Below are positions 1-7,862 of a DNA stretch of 28,855 nt, in pieces. The translations under genes were made by a program, and so were the position numbers. The notes under the pieces are model-generated. The model was given only the letters and a program-made list of their open reading frames with translations. It made no database searches and was not told the origin of the DNA. The stretch is from Candidatus Tectimicrobiota bacterium (GTDB lineage Bacteria > JACPUC01), in assembly GCA_016192455.1 (NCBI GenBank), contig JACPUC010000010.1, forward strand, positions 62,001-90,855, read 5' to 3'. The number at the start of each line of letters is the position of its first letter. Positions within the stretch are counted from its first letter, which is position 1.

Positions 1-786
1 AGCGTCTCCGCCGTGGTGTCGGTAACGGTGCGCTCCGGCGTCGAGAACGGCACCCGTCCCGTCATCACCATGGCTGGATTCGGCACCACCGCTGATGCCT
101 TCTCCTCGACGCAGGGCGGCACCATCAAGATGATGGCCCAGGTGGTCGACAACGGCGGTCCCGGCAATCTCACCGTGGAGGTCTTCCTTGGGACGGCGAG
201 CGAGATCGGCACGCGCGTGCAGACGAAATTCTTCGACATGACGGATGCCGACGGCGACGGCATCTTCGAGTTCAGCCAGGCCTTTCCCGGTCTCGGCATC
301 AGCGGCGACATTCCGTTGCCGGGCCTGACGATCCGCGCCACCGATGCCGACGGCAACGTCACCTCCTGGCCGAACCTCGACGTGCGCGGGGTTGCCGCCC
401 CGACCTTCCCCCAGGCCCCCGTTCCCAGCCTGCCCAGCGTCTCGGTCGATACGCCGGTGATCCTCATGGCCGGCTTCGGCACCACGCCCTACACCTACGG
501 CGGCACCAACGGCGGCAGCGGGCGCATCCAGGCGCTGGTGACGGGCGGCGCCGCCCCGGTGCGCGTGGAGGTCTTCATCGAGGTGCGGGACCCGATTAAC
601 ATGACGACGACGCGCGCCCCCATCGTGCCGCTTGCCGACCCGGACGGCGACGGCCTCTACAGCGCGGAGTTCCCGCTCGGCGCCGGCGCATTCTCGCTCG
701 GCGAGCAGGATTTCGGGCTCATCATCGTGGCGACGGGGGCGAATGGACGCTCGGTCACCTGGCCGCACCTCAACATCGTCCGCTGA
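1..786 (+). CDS. 3' part of a probable secreted/cell-surface protein ending in two tandem beta-rich domains with DxDGDG loops (5' end outside the window)
   Basis: Frame is open from base 1 to TGA at 784-786 with coding-like codon use. Two copies of PVIxMAGFGTT...VEVF...D(A/P)DGDG(I/L)(F/Y)...I.AT.A.G...WP.L, separated by a Pro-rich linker. Confidence 0.75.
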   Translation, partial: SVSAVVSVTVRSGVENGTRPVITMAGFGTTADAFSSTQGGTIKMMAQVVDNGGPGNLTVEVFLGTASEIGTRVQTKFFDMTDADGDGIFEFSQAFPGLGISGDIPLPGLTIRATDADGNVTSWPNLDVRGVAAPTFPQAPVPSLPSVSVDTPVILMAGFGTTPYTYGGTNGGSGRIQALVTGGAAPVRVEVFIEVRDPINMTTTRAPIVPLADPDGDGLYSAEFPLGAGAFSLGEQDFGLIIVATGANGRSVTWPHLNIVR

Positions 787-806
787 GGCGGAGCAGCGCC
801 GATGAA

Positions 807-838
807 CAGGGCCGGACCTCCCGGGAGGTCCGGCCCTG
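807..838. terminator. Perfect 32-bp palindrome between convergent genes; probable bidirectional terminator hairpin
   Basis: cagggccggacctccc|gggaggtccggccctg starts 20 nt after the stop at 786. U-tracts are weak (ccgtttct on +, ttcatc on -). Confidence 0.6.
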
Positions 839-953
839 CCGTTTCTGGACACGCTGCCGCCCCAACCCCTCCGTCTGGCCGGAAGCGAGCGTTCCGCACC
901 CCTTTCGGTGCGTCGACGATCAACACGGCGCACCGACCGTCCGCGGAGCAGCC

Positions 954-1817
954 CTAGCGGCGCCGTTTCTCGAGGATTTCCACGAAGCGATGCAGTCGGC
1001 TGGCGCGCTGCTCCTCGCCGCCGTTGGCATAGATTTGCGCCAAGTTGCGCAGCATGCGGATGAGGATCTCGGCGTCACTTGAAGCCTGCAGGTACTCCTC
1101 GCGGAAGGAGAACCCGAAGCTGGCGAGGAGTTGGGCGCAATCGTGCCGAGCGAGGAGGCGGCCGCCGTTGAAGGCGTCGATGTAGACCTGGTAGTCCTCT
1201 GAGTCGTAGCGCAGGAGGAAGTGCGCCGGCATGCCGATGCCCACCACCGGCAAGCCGAGACGGCGGCAGATGAAGAGGTAGAGGGCGGAGAGGCTGATGG
1301 GGATGCCCAGCTTGCGTTCCAGGACGCGGTTCATGAAGCTGTTGTCGGGGTCGTAGTAGTTCTCGCGGTTGCCCCGGAAGCCGAGAACCTCGAAGAGCTG
1401 GAAGTTCACCGCCTCGATCTGCTCGTCCGGCTCGCGCGCCCGGCGCAGACGCTTGCGGATATCCTCGGCCATCTCGTCGAGGCCGCGGCGATGGGGCTGG
1501 CTGTCATAGTCGGGATAGGCGAAACGAGGCAGCAGAAAGACCCCCTCCTCGAGACTCGAGGCGCCGCCGGGGGTTTCGGCCAGCGCCTGAAACTGCCGCT
1601 CGAGCACCTTGGAGTTGATCTCTTCGAGGACGGCGCGGGCGCGCGCGCTGATGAGGGGGTTGGTGTCGTCCGCGGCCCGCAGGAGCGCGGCGGCGGCCCC
1701 CTCGCCGAGCTCCACCAGCTTGCGGCGCACCGACTTCCAGATGCCCGCGTCTTCCTCTTCCATGAGCTGCAGGAGCGCCTGCAGCTCCGCACCGTGACCA
1801 TGGGCGGGCTTACTCAT
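954..1817 (-). CDS. SirB1/YchA-like transglutaminase-core protein with N-terminal helical extension
   Basis: GFRGNRENYYDPDNSFMNRVLERKLGIPISLS, GIGMPAHFLLRY, YIDAFNGG and ILIRMLRNL are typical SirB1-family motifs. The start overlaps the upstream stop (ATGA). Confidence 0.88.
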   Translation of the reverse strand: MSKPAHGHGAELQALLQLMEEEDAGIWKSVRRKLVELGEGAAAALLRAADDTNPLISARARAVLEEINSKVLERQFQALAETPGGASSLEEGVFLLPRFAYPDYDSQPHRRGLDEMAEDIRKRLRRAREPDEQIEAVNFQLFEVLGFRGNRENYYDPDNSFMNRVLERKLGIPISLSALYLFICRRLGLPVVGIGMPAHFLLRYDSEDYQVYIDAFNGGRLLARHDCAQLLASFGFSFREEYLQASSDAEILIRMLRNLAQIYANGGEEQRASRLHRFVEILEKRRR

Positions 1818-3199
1818 CTATACAGCTCCAAACGCTCCTCCTTGGGGCGATGGTCGAAGATGCGTTTGCTCTTCAGCTCGTAGCGCGGCAGGGTCTGCGG
1901 CGGCACCACCTCGGTCTCCAGGCGCACGCCGATGGCGTCGCGGTAGACCGCTTCGGCCTGCGCGGCCACGGTGGCATAGTCTGTCGCCGGCACGCTGGGG
2001 TCGACCTCGATCTTCACCAGCATGCGGTCCATCCCCTCCGCCCGCGAGATGTGCAGCTCATAGTGCGGCGAGGCGCCAGGGACCTTGGCCAGGAGGTTCT
2101 CGATGGCGGTGGGATAGATGTTGACGCCGCGGATCGTCACCATGAAGTCGGAGCGCCCCAGGACGCTGCCGTCGAGCCAGCTCCAGGTCCAGCCGCAGCC
2201 GTGCTCGTGGCGGGCGGACCGGCGCACCAGGTCGTGGGTGCGGTACTTGATGAAGACCTGGCCGGTGTGCGCGAAGGTGGAGACGATGTTCTCCCCCACC
2301 TCGCCGTCGGGGACACGCTCCCCGGTGGCCGGATCAGCGCTGAACGAGTGGTAGGCCGACTCGACGGCATGCACGCCGCCGGCGTGCGCCCGGCACTCAA
2401 TGAAGCCGAGGTTCACTTCGCCGATGCCGTAGAAATCGCACACCGTGGCGCCCCAACCCTGTTCCAGGTAGCGGCGCGTGGTGGGGATGTTGAAGCCCGC
2501 CTCGCCGCCGCCGCTGACGAACTTCACGCTGCTGCGGCTCAGGTCGATGCCCTGCTTGCGCGCCAGATCGAGGAGGTGCACGAGGTAGGTCGGTGTCCCC
2601 ACCACGACGGTCGGCTGCAGGTCGAGAATCTGCTGGATGCGCTGCTCGCTGGTCATGCCGCCGCCGGAGTAGACCGTGGCGCCGATGGCGCGCACCCCCC
2701 AGTAGGCGCTCCAGAGGCCGATCCAGAGCCCCCAGTTGAAGCAGAAGTAGAAGCGGTCGCTGGGGCGGATGCCGCAGTCCCAGAACATGATGGCCCACTC
2801 ATCGCCGCAGCGCAGGCTGTCGTAATGGGTGAAGGCTTCGCGCAGGGGCGCCCCCGTGGTTCCGGAGGTCTGGAAGTAGTAGAGGTGGTAGTCCTCGGGC
2901 AGCGCCATGGAGGGGAAGAGGGACGTCTCCTGCTCCTTCAGGAAGTCGGGCTTATCGGTGAACGGCACCTTGGTGTAGAAGTCCTCCCAGGTATGGACAT
3001 CCTCCGGCGTGATCCCGGCCTTGTCGTAGAGGCGGCGATAGAGCGGCGAGTTCCGGTAGGCGTAAGCGAGGAGCAGCTTGATGCGGCGCCAGTGCAGCTC
3101 ATCGAGCTGCTCGCGCGGCAGCGTCATGAGGTACTCGTTCCAGAAACTGTTCCGCGCCGCCCGCGGGCCGAAGATTGGGCGAACGTCGCCTTGGCTCAC
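1814..3199 (-). CDS. Phenylacetate-CoA ligase family (PaaK-like) aryl/acyl-CoA ligase
   Basis: QTSGTTGAP P-loop, DFYGIGE, YRTHD, GRSDFMVTIRGVNIYP and the C-terminal LPRYELKSKRIFD. TAAGGAG RBS upstream of the GTG start. Substrate is not assignable. Confidence 0.88.
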   Translation of the reverse strand: MSQGDVRPIFGPRAARNSFWNEYLMTLPREQLDELHWRRIKLLLAYAYRNSPLYRRLYDKAGITPEDVHTWEDFYTKVPFTDKPDFLKEQETSLFPSMALPEDYHLYYFQTSGTTGAPLREAFTHYDSLRCGDEWAIMFWDCGIRPSDRFYFCFNWGLWIGLWSAYWGVRAIGATVYSGGGMTSEQRIQQILDLQPTVVVGTPTYLVHLLDLARKQGIDLSRSSVKFVSGGGEAGFNIPTTRRYLEQGWGATVCDFYGIGEVNLGFIECRAHAGGVHAVESAYHSFSADPATGERVPDGEVGENIVSTFAHTGQVFIKYRTHDLVRRSARHEHGCGWTWSWLDGSVLGRSDFMVTIRGVNIYPTAIENLLAKVPGASPHYELHISRAEGMDRMLVKIEVDPSVPATDYATVAAQAEAVYRDAIGVRLETEVVPPQTLPRYELKSKRIFDHRPKEERLELYR

Positions 3200-3370
3200 G
3201 AGACCATCTCCTTATAGACAAAGGCATGGCTCGCATGGAGCGGCGCACTCGGCTCGCCCCAAACCAGCGCGCGACTAAGCTCCAGTCCAGTCTAGCACGA
3301 TCCACGTGCTCCTGCCATGAGAGGTGCGGCCCACCGAAATGGTGCAAATCACCATCGCTGTCAGTATAAG

Positions 3371-3401
3371 CATGGCGCGGGCTAAGTCGTTCTCATATAA
3401 T
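3371..3401 (+). promoter_or_regulatory. Candidate promoter of the 2-oxoacid oxidoreductase operon
   Basis: Perfect TATAAT at 3396-3401 in an AT-richer patch. The hexamer 17 nt upstream (TGGCGC) is a poor -35. Confidence 0.45.
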
Positions 3402-3535
3402 ACATTCGTCCCACAGGGACAGGCTGAGGGGTCAACGGCCTGGGTCTTTAACCGGCATGACGCGAGCCGGCGGGTTCCTGGCGGCAGGCGGCGCCGCGCC
3501 GCGGGTGATGCCGACATGGCGCGGGGTAGGGTGCG

Positions 3536-4096
3536 ATGAAGAAAATCCTGATTCATGGTCGCGGCGGCCAGGGCGCCAAGCTGGCCGGCGAACTCATCAT
3601 CGCCACGCTCTTCAAGCAGGGGCGCATGGTCCAGGGCATGCCGCTGTACACCGGCGCCAAGATGGGGCAGCCCCTGGTCTACTCGATCAAGATCGACCCC
3701 AGCGGCGACCGGGCCCTGCCGACCACCGGCATCGACGGCATCGTCGTGCTGCACCCCAACATGCTGACGCCCAACCTGACCAAGAACGCCAACCCCGGCT
3801 GCTACGTCCTCATCAACTGCCCGGAGGGGCCGGAAGCTTACGAGGGGCTGGCCGACATCGTCGCCTGCGTGGACGGCAATCGCATCGCCCGCGAGCACGG
3901 CCTGGTGAAGGCCAACGTGCCCACGGTCAGCACCACCATGGCCGGCGCCTTCACGCGCGTCAGCGAACTCTTTCCCTTCGAGGCCATGACGCAAGCCATT
4001 CGCGAGTATTTCCCCCGCCATGCCGAGGTGAACATCGAGGTTGCCAGGCGCGGCTTCAGTGAAGTTCAGCTCCTTGAGAGAATCCGACATGCGTGA
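3536..4096 (+). CDS. 2-oxoacid:acceptor oxidoreductase gamma subunit (PFOR/VOR/PadE type)
   Basis: N-terminal IHGRGGQGA, VLINCP and VDGNRIA motifs; 186 aa; in an operon with alpha and beta subunits. Confidence 0.88.
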   Translation: MKKILIHGRGGQGAKLAGELIIATLFKQGRMVQGMPLYTGAKMGQPLVYSIKIDPSGDRALPTTGIDGIVVLHPNMLTPNLTKNANPGCYVLINCPEGPEAYEGLADIVACVDGNRIAREHGLVKANVPTVSTTMAGAFTRVSELFPFEAMTQAIREYFPRHAEVNIEVARRGFSEVQLLERIRHA

Positions 4097-5810
4097 CGTC
4101 CGCTTTCATTCCGAAGGGGTGTCGCTCGACCTTGACATCAGCTCGCAGCGCACCCTGATTCCAATCTATGATTTCCACGAGAAGACCAGCCCCTGCCGCG
4201 TCGGCTGCCCCGCCGGGCACAACATCGCCTGGGCCCTGAATCAGGTGCGCAACGGCGACTTCAGCGCCGCCCTCGAGCTGTTCCGCGAGGAAAGCCCGTT
4301 CCCGTCCATCACCGGTCGCGTTTGCTACCACCCCTGCGAGCCGGTCTGCAACCGCGGCGCGCACGACGAGCCCCTGGCGATCAACATGCTCGAGCGCGCC
4401 ATGGCGGATCATGGGAAAGCAGCGCTGCCCGAGCCGTTGGCGCGTCATCCCGAGCAGATCGCCGTGATCGGCAGCGGGCCGGCGGGGCTCACCGCCGCCT
4501 ACCACCTGAGGTGGCTCGGCTACCGGGTGACGGTCTACGAGAAGCAGCAAGAGGCCGGCGGCGTGCTGCGCTACGGCATCCCCGACTATCGCCTGCCGAA
4601 GACCATCGTGCGCCGCGAAGTGGCACACCTGGCGCGCATGGGGATCGCGTTCCGCACCGGCGTGGCGGTCGGCTCCGACCTGCCCTTCGAGGAGCTCCTC
4701 GACGATCATGACGCCCTCTTCCTGGGAATCGGGCTGTCGGCGGGGCGCAAGCTGCCGCTGGAGGGGATTGATGCGCTCTCCTCGATGGCCGGCCTCGATT
4801 TCCTCTGGCGCGCCAAGGAGGGGTTGATCACCGAGCTGCGCGGCCGCGTCCTGGTGATCGGCGGCGGCGACGTGGCCATCGACGTGGCGCGTTCGGCGCG
4901 CCGTCTCGGCGCCGCATCGGTGGCTCTCTACTGCCTCGAGGATCGCCAGCACATGCCGGCCCACCCCGAGGAGGTCCACGAGGCCGGGCAGGAGAAGGTG
5001 GCGATCACCCCCGGCTGGGCGCCGGTCGCGCTCGCCTCGCGGCCCGACGGCGTCGTCGTGGAAATGCGCGGGGTGGACCGTCTGGAGAGCGGCCGCCCGG
5101 TCTTCAACGAGGCGCGCACCGAGGTTGCCTGCGACCACATCCTTTACGCCATCGGCCAGCAGGCGGAGGCGGCCTTCTTGCCGGCGGACTGGCTGACGGA
5201 CGGCCGGCTGCGCGTCAACGCCGTGGGCCAGACGGCGCACCCGAAGGTCTTCGCGGGCGGCGACATCGCCGGCAGCTACAACGTCGTGCAGGCCATCGGC
5301 GCCGCCAAGCTGGCCGTCCTTGGCATCGACTGCGCATTGCGCGGCCGCGACTGGCGCGCCTGGCTGCCGCGGATCAAGCTCGGCAACGGCCAGGCCATCT
5401 CGCTGCGCGCCTATCGGCAGCTCATCGTCGGTCAGCAGGCGCCGCAGGCGCGCTCCGTGGTGCCGTACGAAGCGATCAACGCCGACTACTTCCCGCGCCG
5501 CGAGCGCCTCGCCCGGCCGCACCTGGCCGTGGCGGAGCCCCGGAGCTTCGCGGAGGTGAACACCGAGGTCCCGAAGGACATCGCCATCCGCGAGGCGTCG
5601 CGCTGCTTCCACTGCGGCGAGTGCACGGTCTGCGGCAACTGCTTCATCTACTGCCCCGACTCGGCCGTGGTGCAGCGCCAGGACGGTTTCTTCGCCATCA
5701 ACGAGCTGCAGTGCAAGGGCTGCGGCCAGTGCGTGCAGGAGTGCCCGCGCGACGCCATGAGCATGGTGCTGGACCTGAAGCCGGAGAGCCAGGCGGCGGC
5801 GGTCGCCTGA
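4089..5810 (+). CDS. DsrL/GltD-like FAD-dependent NAD(P) oxidoreductase fused to a C-terminal 2x[4Fe-4S] (delta-like) domain, copy 1
   Basis: SPCRVGCPAG, GRVCYHPCEPVCNR, IGSGPAGL (FAD), GGVLRYGIPDYRLP, IGGGDVAID, VFAGGD, EASRCFHCG, CTVCGNCFIYCP and CKGCGQCVQECP. ATG at 4089 overlaps the gamma stop (ATGCGTGA). Confidence 0.9.
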   Translation: MRDVRFHSEGVSLDLDISSQRTLIPIYDFHEKTSPCRVGCPAGHNIAWALNQVRNGDFSAALELFREESPFPSITGRVCYHPCEPVCNRGAHDEPLAINMLERAMADHGKAALPEPLARHPEQIAVIGSGPAGLTAAYHLRWLGYRVTVYEKQQEAGGVLRYGIPDYRLPKTIVRREVAHLARMGIAFRTGVAVGSDLPFEELLDDHDALFLGIGLSAGRKLPLEGIDALSSMAGLDFLWRAKEGLITELRGRVLVIGGGDVAIDVARSARRLGAASVALYCLEDRQHMPAHPEEVHEAGQEKVAITPGWAPVALASRPDGVVVEMRGVDRLESGRPVFNEARTEVACDHILYAIGQQAEAAFLPADWLTDGRLRVNAVGQTAHPKVFAGGDIAGSYNVVQAIGAAKLAVLGIDCALRGRDWRAWLPRIKLGNGQAISLRAYRQLIVGQQAPQARSVVPYEAINADYFPRRERLARPHLAVAEPRSFAEVNTEVPKDIAIREASRCFHCGECTVCGNCFIYCPDSAVVQRQDGFFAINELQCKGCGQCVQECPRDAMSMVLDLKPESQAAAVA

Positions 5811-5821
5811 GCGCCGCGCGT

Positions 5822-5852
5822 CATGGCGCCAGGCAGAAGTGGGGCGTATATT
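5822..5852 (+). promoter_or_regulatory. Candidate internal promoter upstream of flavoprotein copy 2
   Basis: CATGGCGC-N17-TATATT, the same layout as CATGGCGC-N17-TATAAT at 3371-3401, within a 193-bp spacer. Confidence 0.35.
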
Positions 5853-6003
5853 GCTGAACTGGTCCGGAGGCGTCGCCCTCCTCGCCCGGCCGGGAGCCGG
5901 CGCGTCACGGCGAAGCAGACGCCTCGCGGCATCGCCCCGCAACGCCGAGCCACCGTCGCCGGCCGCGCTGTCCACGAAGTTCGCCCCCGGGAGTGAGTTC
6001 AGT

Positions 6004-7725
6004 ATGGGTGACCTGCGCTTCACCTCGAAAGGCTTGTCGTACGAGGTCGACATCAGCTCCCAGCGCACCATGGTGCCCGTCTACGACTTTCCCCAGAAGA
6101 CCAGTCCCTGCCGCGTCGGCTGTCCGGCGGGGCATGACATTGCCTGGGCGCTCTACCTGGTCCGCCAGGGCGAGTTCGGCGCCGCCCTGGCGCTGTTCCG
6201 CGAGGAGAGTCCCTTCCCATCCATCACCGGGCGCGTCTGCTACTACCCCTGCGAGGCAGTCTGCAACCGCGGCGAGCACGACGAGGCGCTGGCCATCAAC
6301 ATGCTCGAACGGGCTCTGGCGGATCACGGCACCATCCCAGCCCCCCGGCCCCTCGCCAGCCATGCCGAGCACATCGCCGTCGTCGGCAGCGGCCCCGCCG
6401 GCTTGACCGCCGCCTACCACCTGGCGTGGCTGGGCTATCGCGTCACGGTCTACGAGAAGGAGCAAGAGATCGGCGGGGTGCTGCGCTACGGCATCCCGGA
6501 CTACCGCCTGCCGCGGCAGGTGGTGCGCGACGTCGAGGCGATGCTGCGCGGCATGGGGGTGGCGTTCCGCACCGGCGCGGCCGTGGGGCCCGAGCTTCCC
6601 TTCAAGACCCTCCTGGCCGAGCATGACGCCCTCTTCCTCGGCGTCGGCCTGTCGGAGGCGCGCGCCCTGACGCTGAAGGGGATCGAGGCGGTCTCCTCGA
6701 TGCCAGGCATCGAGTTCCTCTACCGCGCCAAGGAGGGCCGCGTGCGGAGCATCGAGGGACACGTGCTGGTCATCGGGGCAGGCGACGTGGCCCTCGACGT
6801 AGCGCGCTCGGCCAAGCGCCTGGGCGCCGACAAGGTGAGCATCTACTACCGCGTCCACCTGCGGGCGCATCCGGAGGAGCTGCGCGAGGCGGCGCGGGAG
6901 CGCATCAGCATCGACGGCGGCTGGGAGCCGGTGCGCCTGGCGCCCCAGAAGGATGGCGGCGTCGTGGTGCGCATGCAGGGGGTCGATCACCTCGTGGAGG
7001 GTCGCGCCGTCCACAACGAGCGGCAGACCGAGGTGCGCTGCGACCACATCATCTACGCCGTCGGCCAGCGCGCCAACGCCTCCTTCCTGCCGCCCGAACT
7101 GCTCAGCAACGGCGGCCTGGCCGTCAATGCCCTGGGCCAGACGGCGCACCCCAAGGTGTTCGCCGGCGGCGACATCACCGGATCGTACAACGTCGTTGAG
7201 GCGATCGGCGGAGCGAAGCGCGCCGTCATCGGCATCGACAGCCTGCTGCGGGGACGGGACGGCGCGGCGCTGCTGGCGCGCGTCAGCCTCGGCGAGTCTC
7301 GGCCCGGGGAATCTCCGCCCGTCTCGCTGCGCTCCTATCGCCAGCTCCTGGGCGGCGAGGCGGCGCCCCTGGTGCGGCAGAGCGTGCCATACGCCGCCAT
7401 CAACGCCGACTACTTCCCGCCGCAAGAGCGCGTCGGCCGGCCCCACCTGGGCCTCGACGAGCGCCGCGGCCTATGTGACGAGGTGAACCTCGAGGTGCCG
7501 CGGGAGGTAGCGATCCGCGAGGCGTCGCGCTGCTTCCACTGCGGCGAGTGCACGGTCTGCGGCAACTGCTTCATCTACTGCCCAGACTCGGCCGTGCTGC
7601 AGGGGGAGGATGGCTTCTTCAGCATCAACGGCATGCAGTGCAAGGGCTGCGGCCAGTGCGTGGCGGAGTGCCCGCGCAGCGCCATGAGCATGGTGCCCGA
7701 AGGCGACGCCGTGGCGGTCGCCTAA
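6004..7725 (+). CDS. DsrL/GltD-like FAD-dependent NAD(P) oxidoreductase-ferredoxin fusion, copy 2 (tandem paralogue)
   Basis: Same motif series as copy 1. The start is placed at ATG 6004 because MGDLRFTSKGLS aligns with MRDVRFHSEGVS. Nucleotide-binding region reads IGAGDVALD...SIYYRVH. Confidence 0.9.
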   Translation: MGDLRFTSKGLSYEVDISSQRTMVPVYDFPQKTSPCRVGCPAGHDIAWALYLVRQGEFGAALALFREESPFPSITGRVCYYPCEAVCNRGEHDEALAINMLERALADHGTIPAPRPLASHAEHIAVVGSGPAGLTAAYHLAWLGYRVTVYEKEQEIGGVLRYGIPDYRLPRQVVRDVEAMLRGMGVAFRTGAAVGPELPFKTLLAEHDALFLGVGLSEARALTLKGIEAVSSMPGIEFLYRAKEGRVRSIEGHVLVIGAGDVALDVARSAKRLGADKVSIYYRVHLRAHPEELREAARERISIDGGWEPVRLAPQKDGGVVVRMQGVDHLVEGRAVHNERQTEVRCDHIIYAVGQRANASFLPPELLSNGGLAVNALGQTAHPKVFAGGDITGSYNVVEAIGGAKRAVIGIDSLLRGRDGAALLARVSLGESRPGESPPVSLRSYRQLLGGEAAPLVRQSVPYAAINADYFPPQERVGRPHLGLDERRGLCDEVNLEVPREVAIREASRCFHCGECTVCGNCFIYCPDSAVLQGEDGFFSINGMQCKGCGQCVAECPRSAMSMVPEGDAVAVA

Positions 7726-7862
7726 GCCGCTGGCCGGCGCCCCGCGCCTGGCCCGGCGCCACGCCATTAGGGTAGGCGAGCGTGCCGGCCGCCGCGTGCC
7801 GGTGGGGGGGCCGGCCTCCACAACGTGGCATCCGTGCGTGTCAGTGTCATGAGAGGCGGTCA

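Noticed and set aside
3410-3470. GCTGAG in the operon leader suggesting a TPP riboswitch; also a GG-N10-GC sigma54-like match at 3453-3467
   Set aside because: No CCTGAT or GCGNAGGGA elements. The -12 element is GAGC rather than TTGC.
4056-7446. Long antisense ORFs (4056..6071, 5905..7446; likewise 1850..3217, 22222..24165, 24023..25714)
   Set aside because: Shadow frames of high-GC genes with no recognisable motifs.
4089-7725. Calling the flavoproteins dsrL or gltD
   Set aside because: The architecture is similar, but there are no dsr or gltB genes here and the context is a 2-oxoacid oxidoreductase operon.
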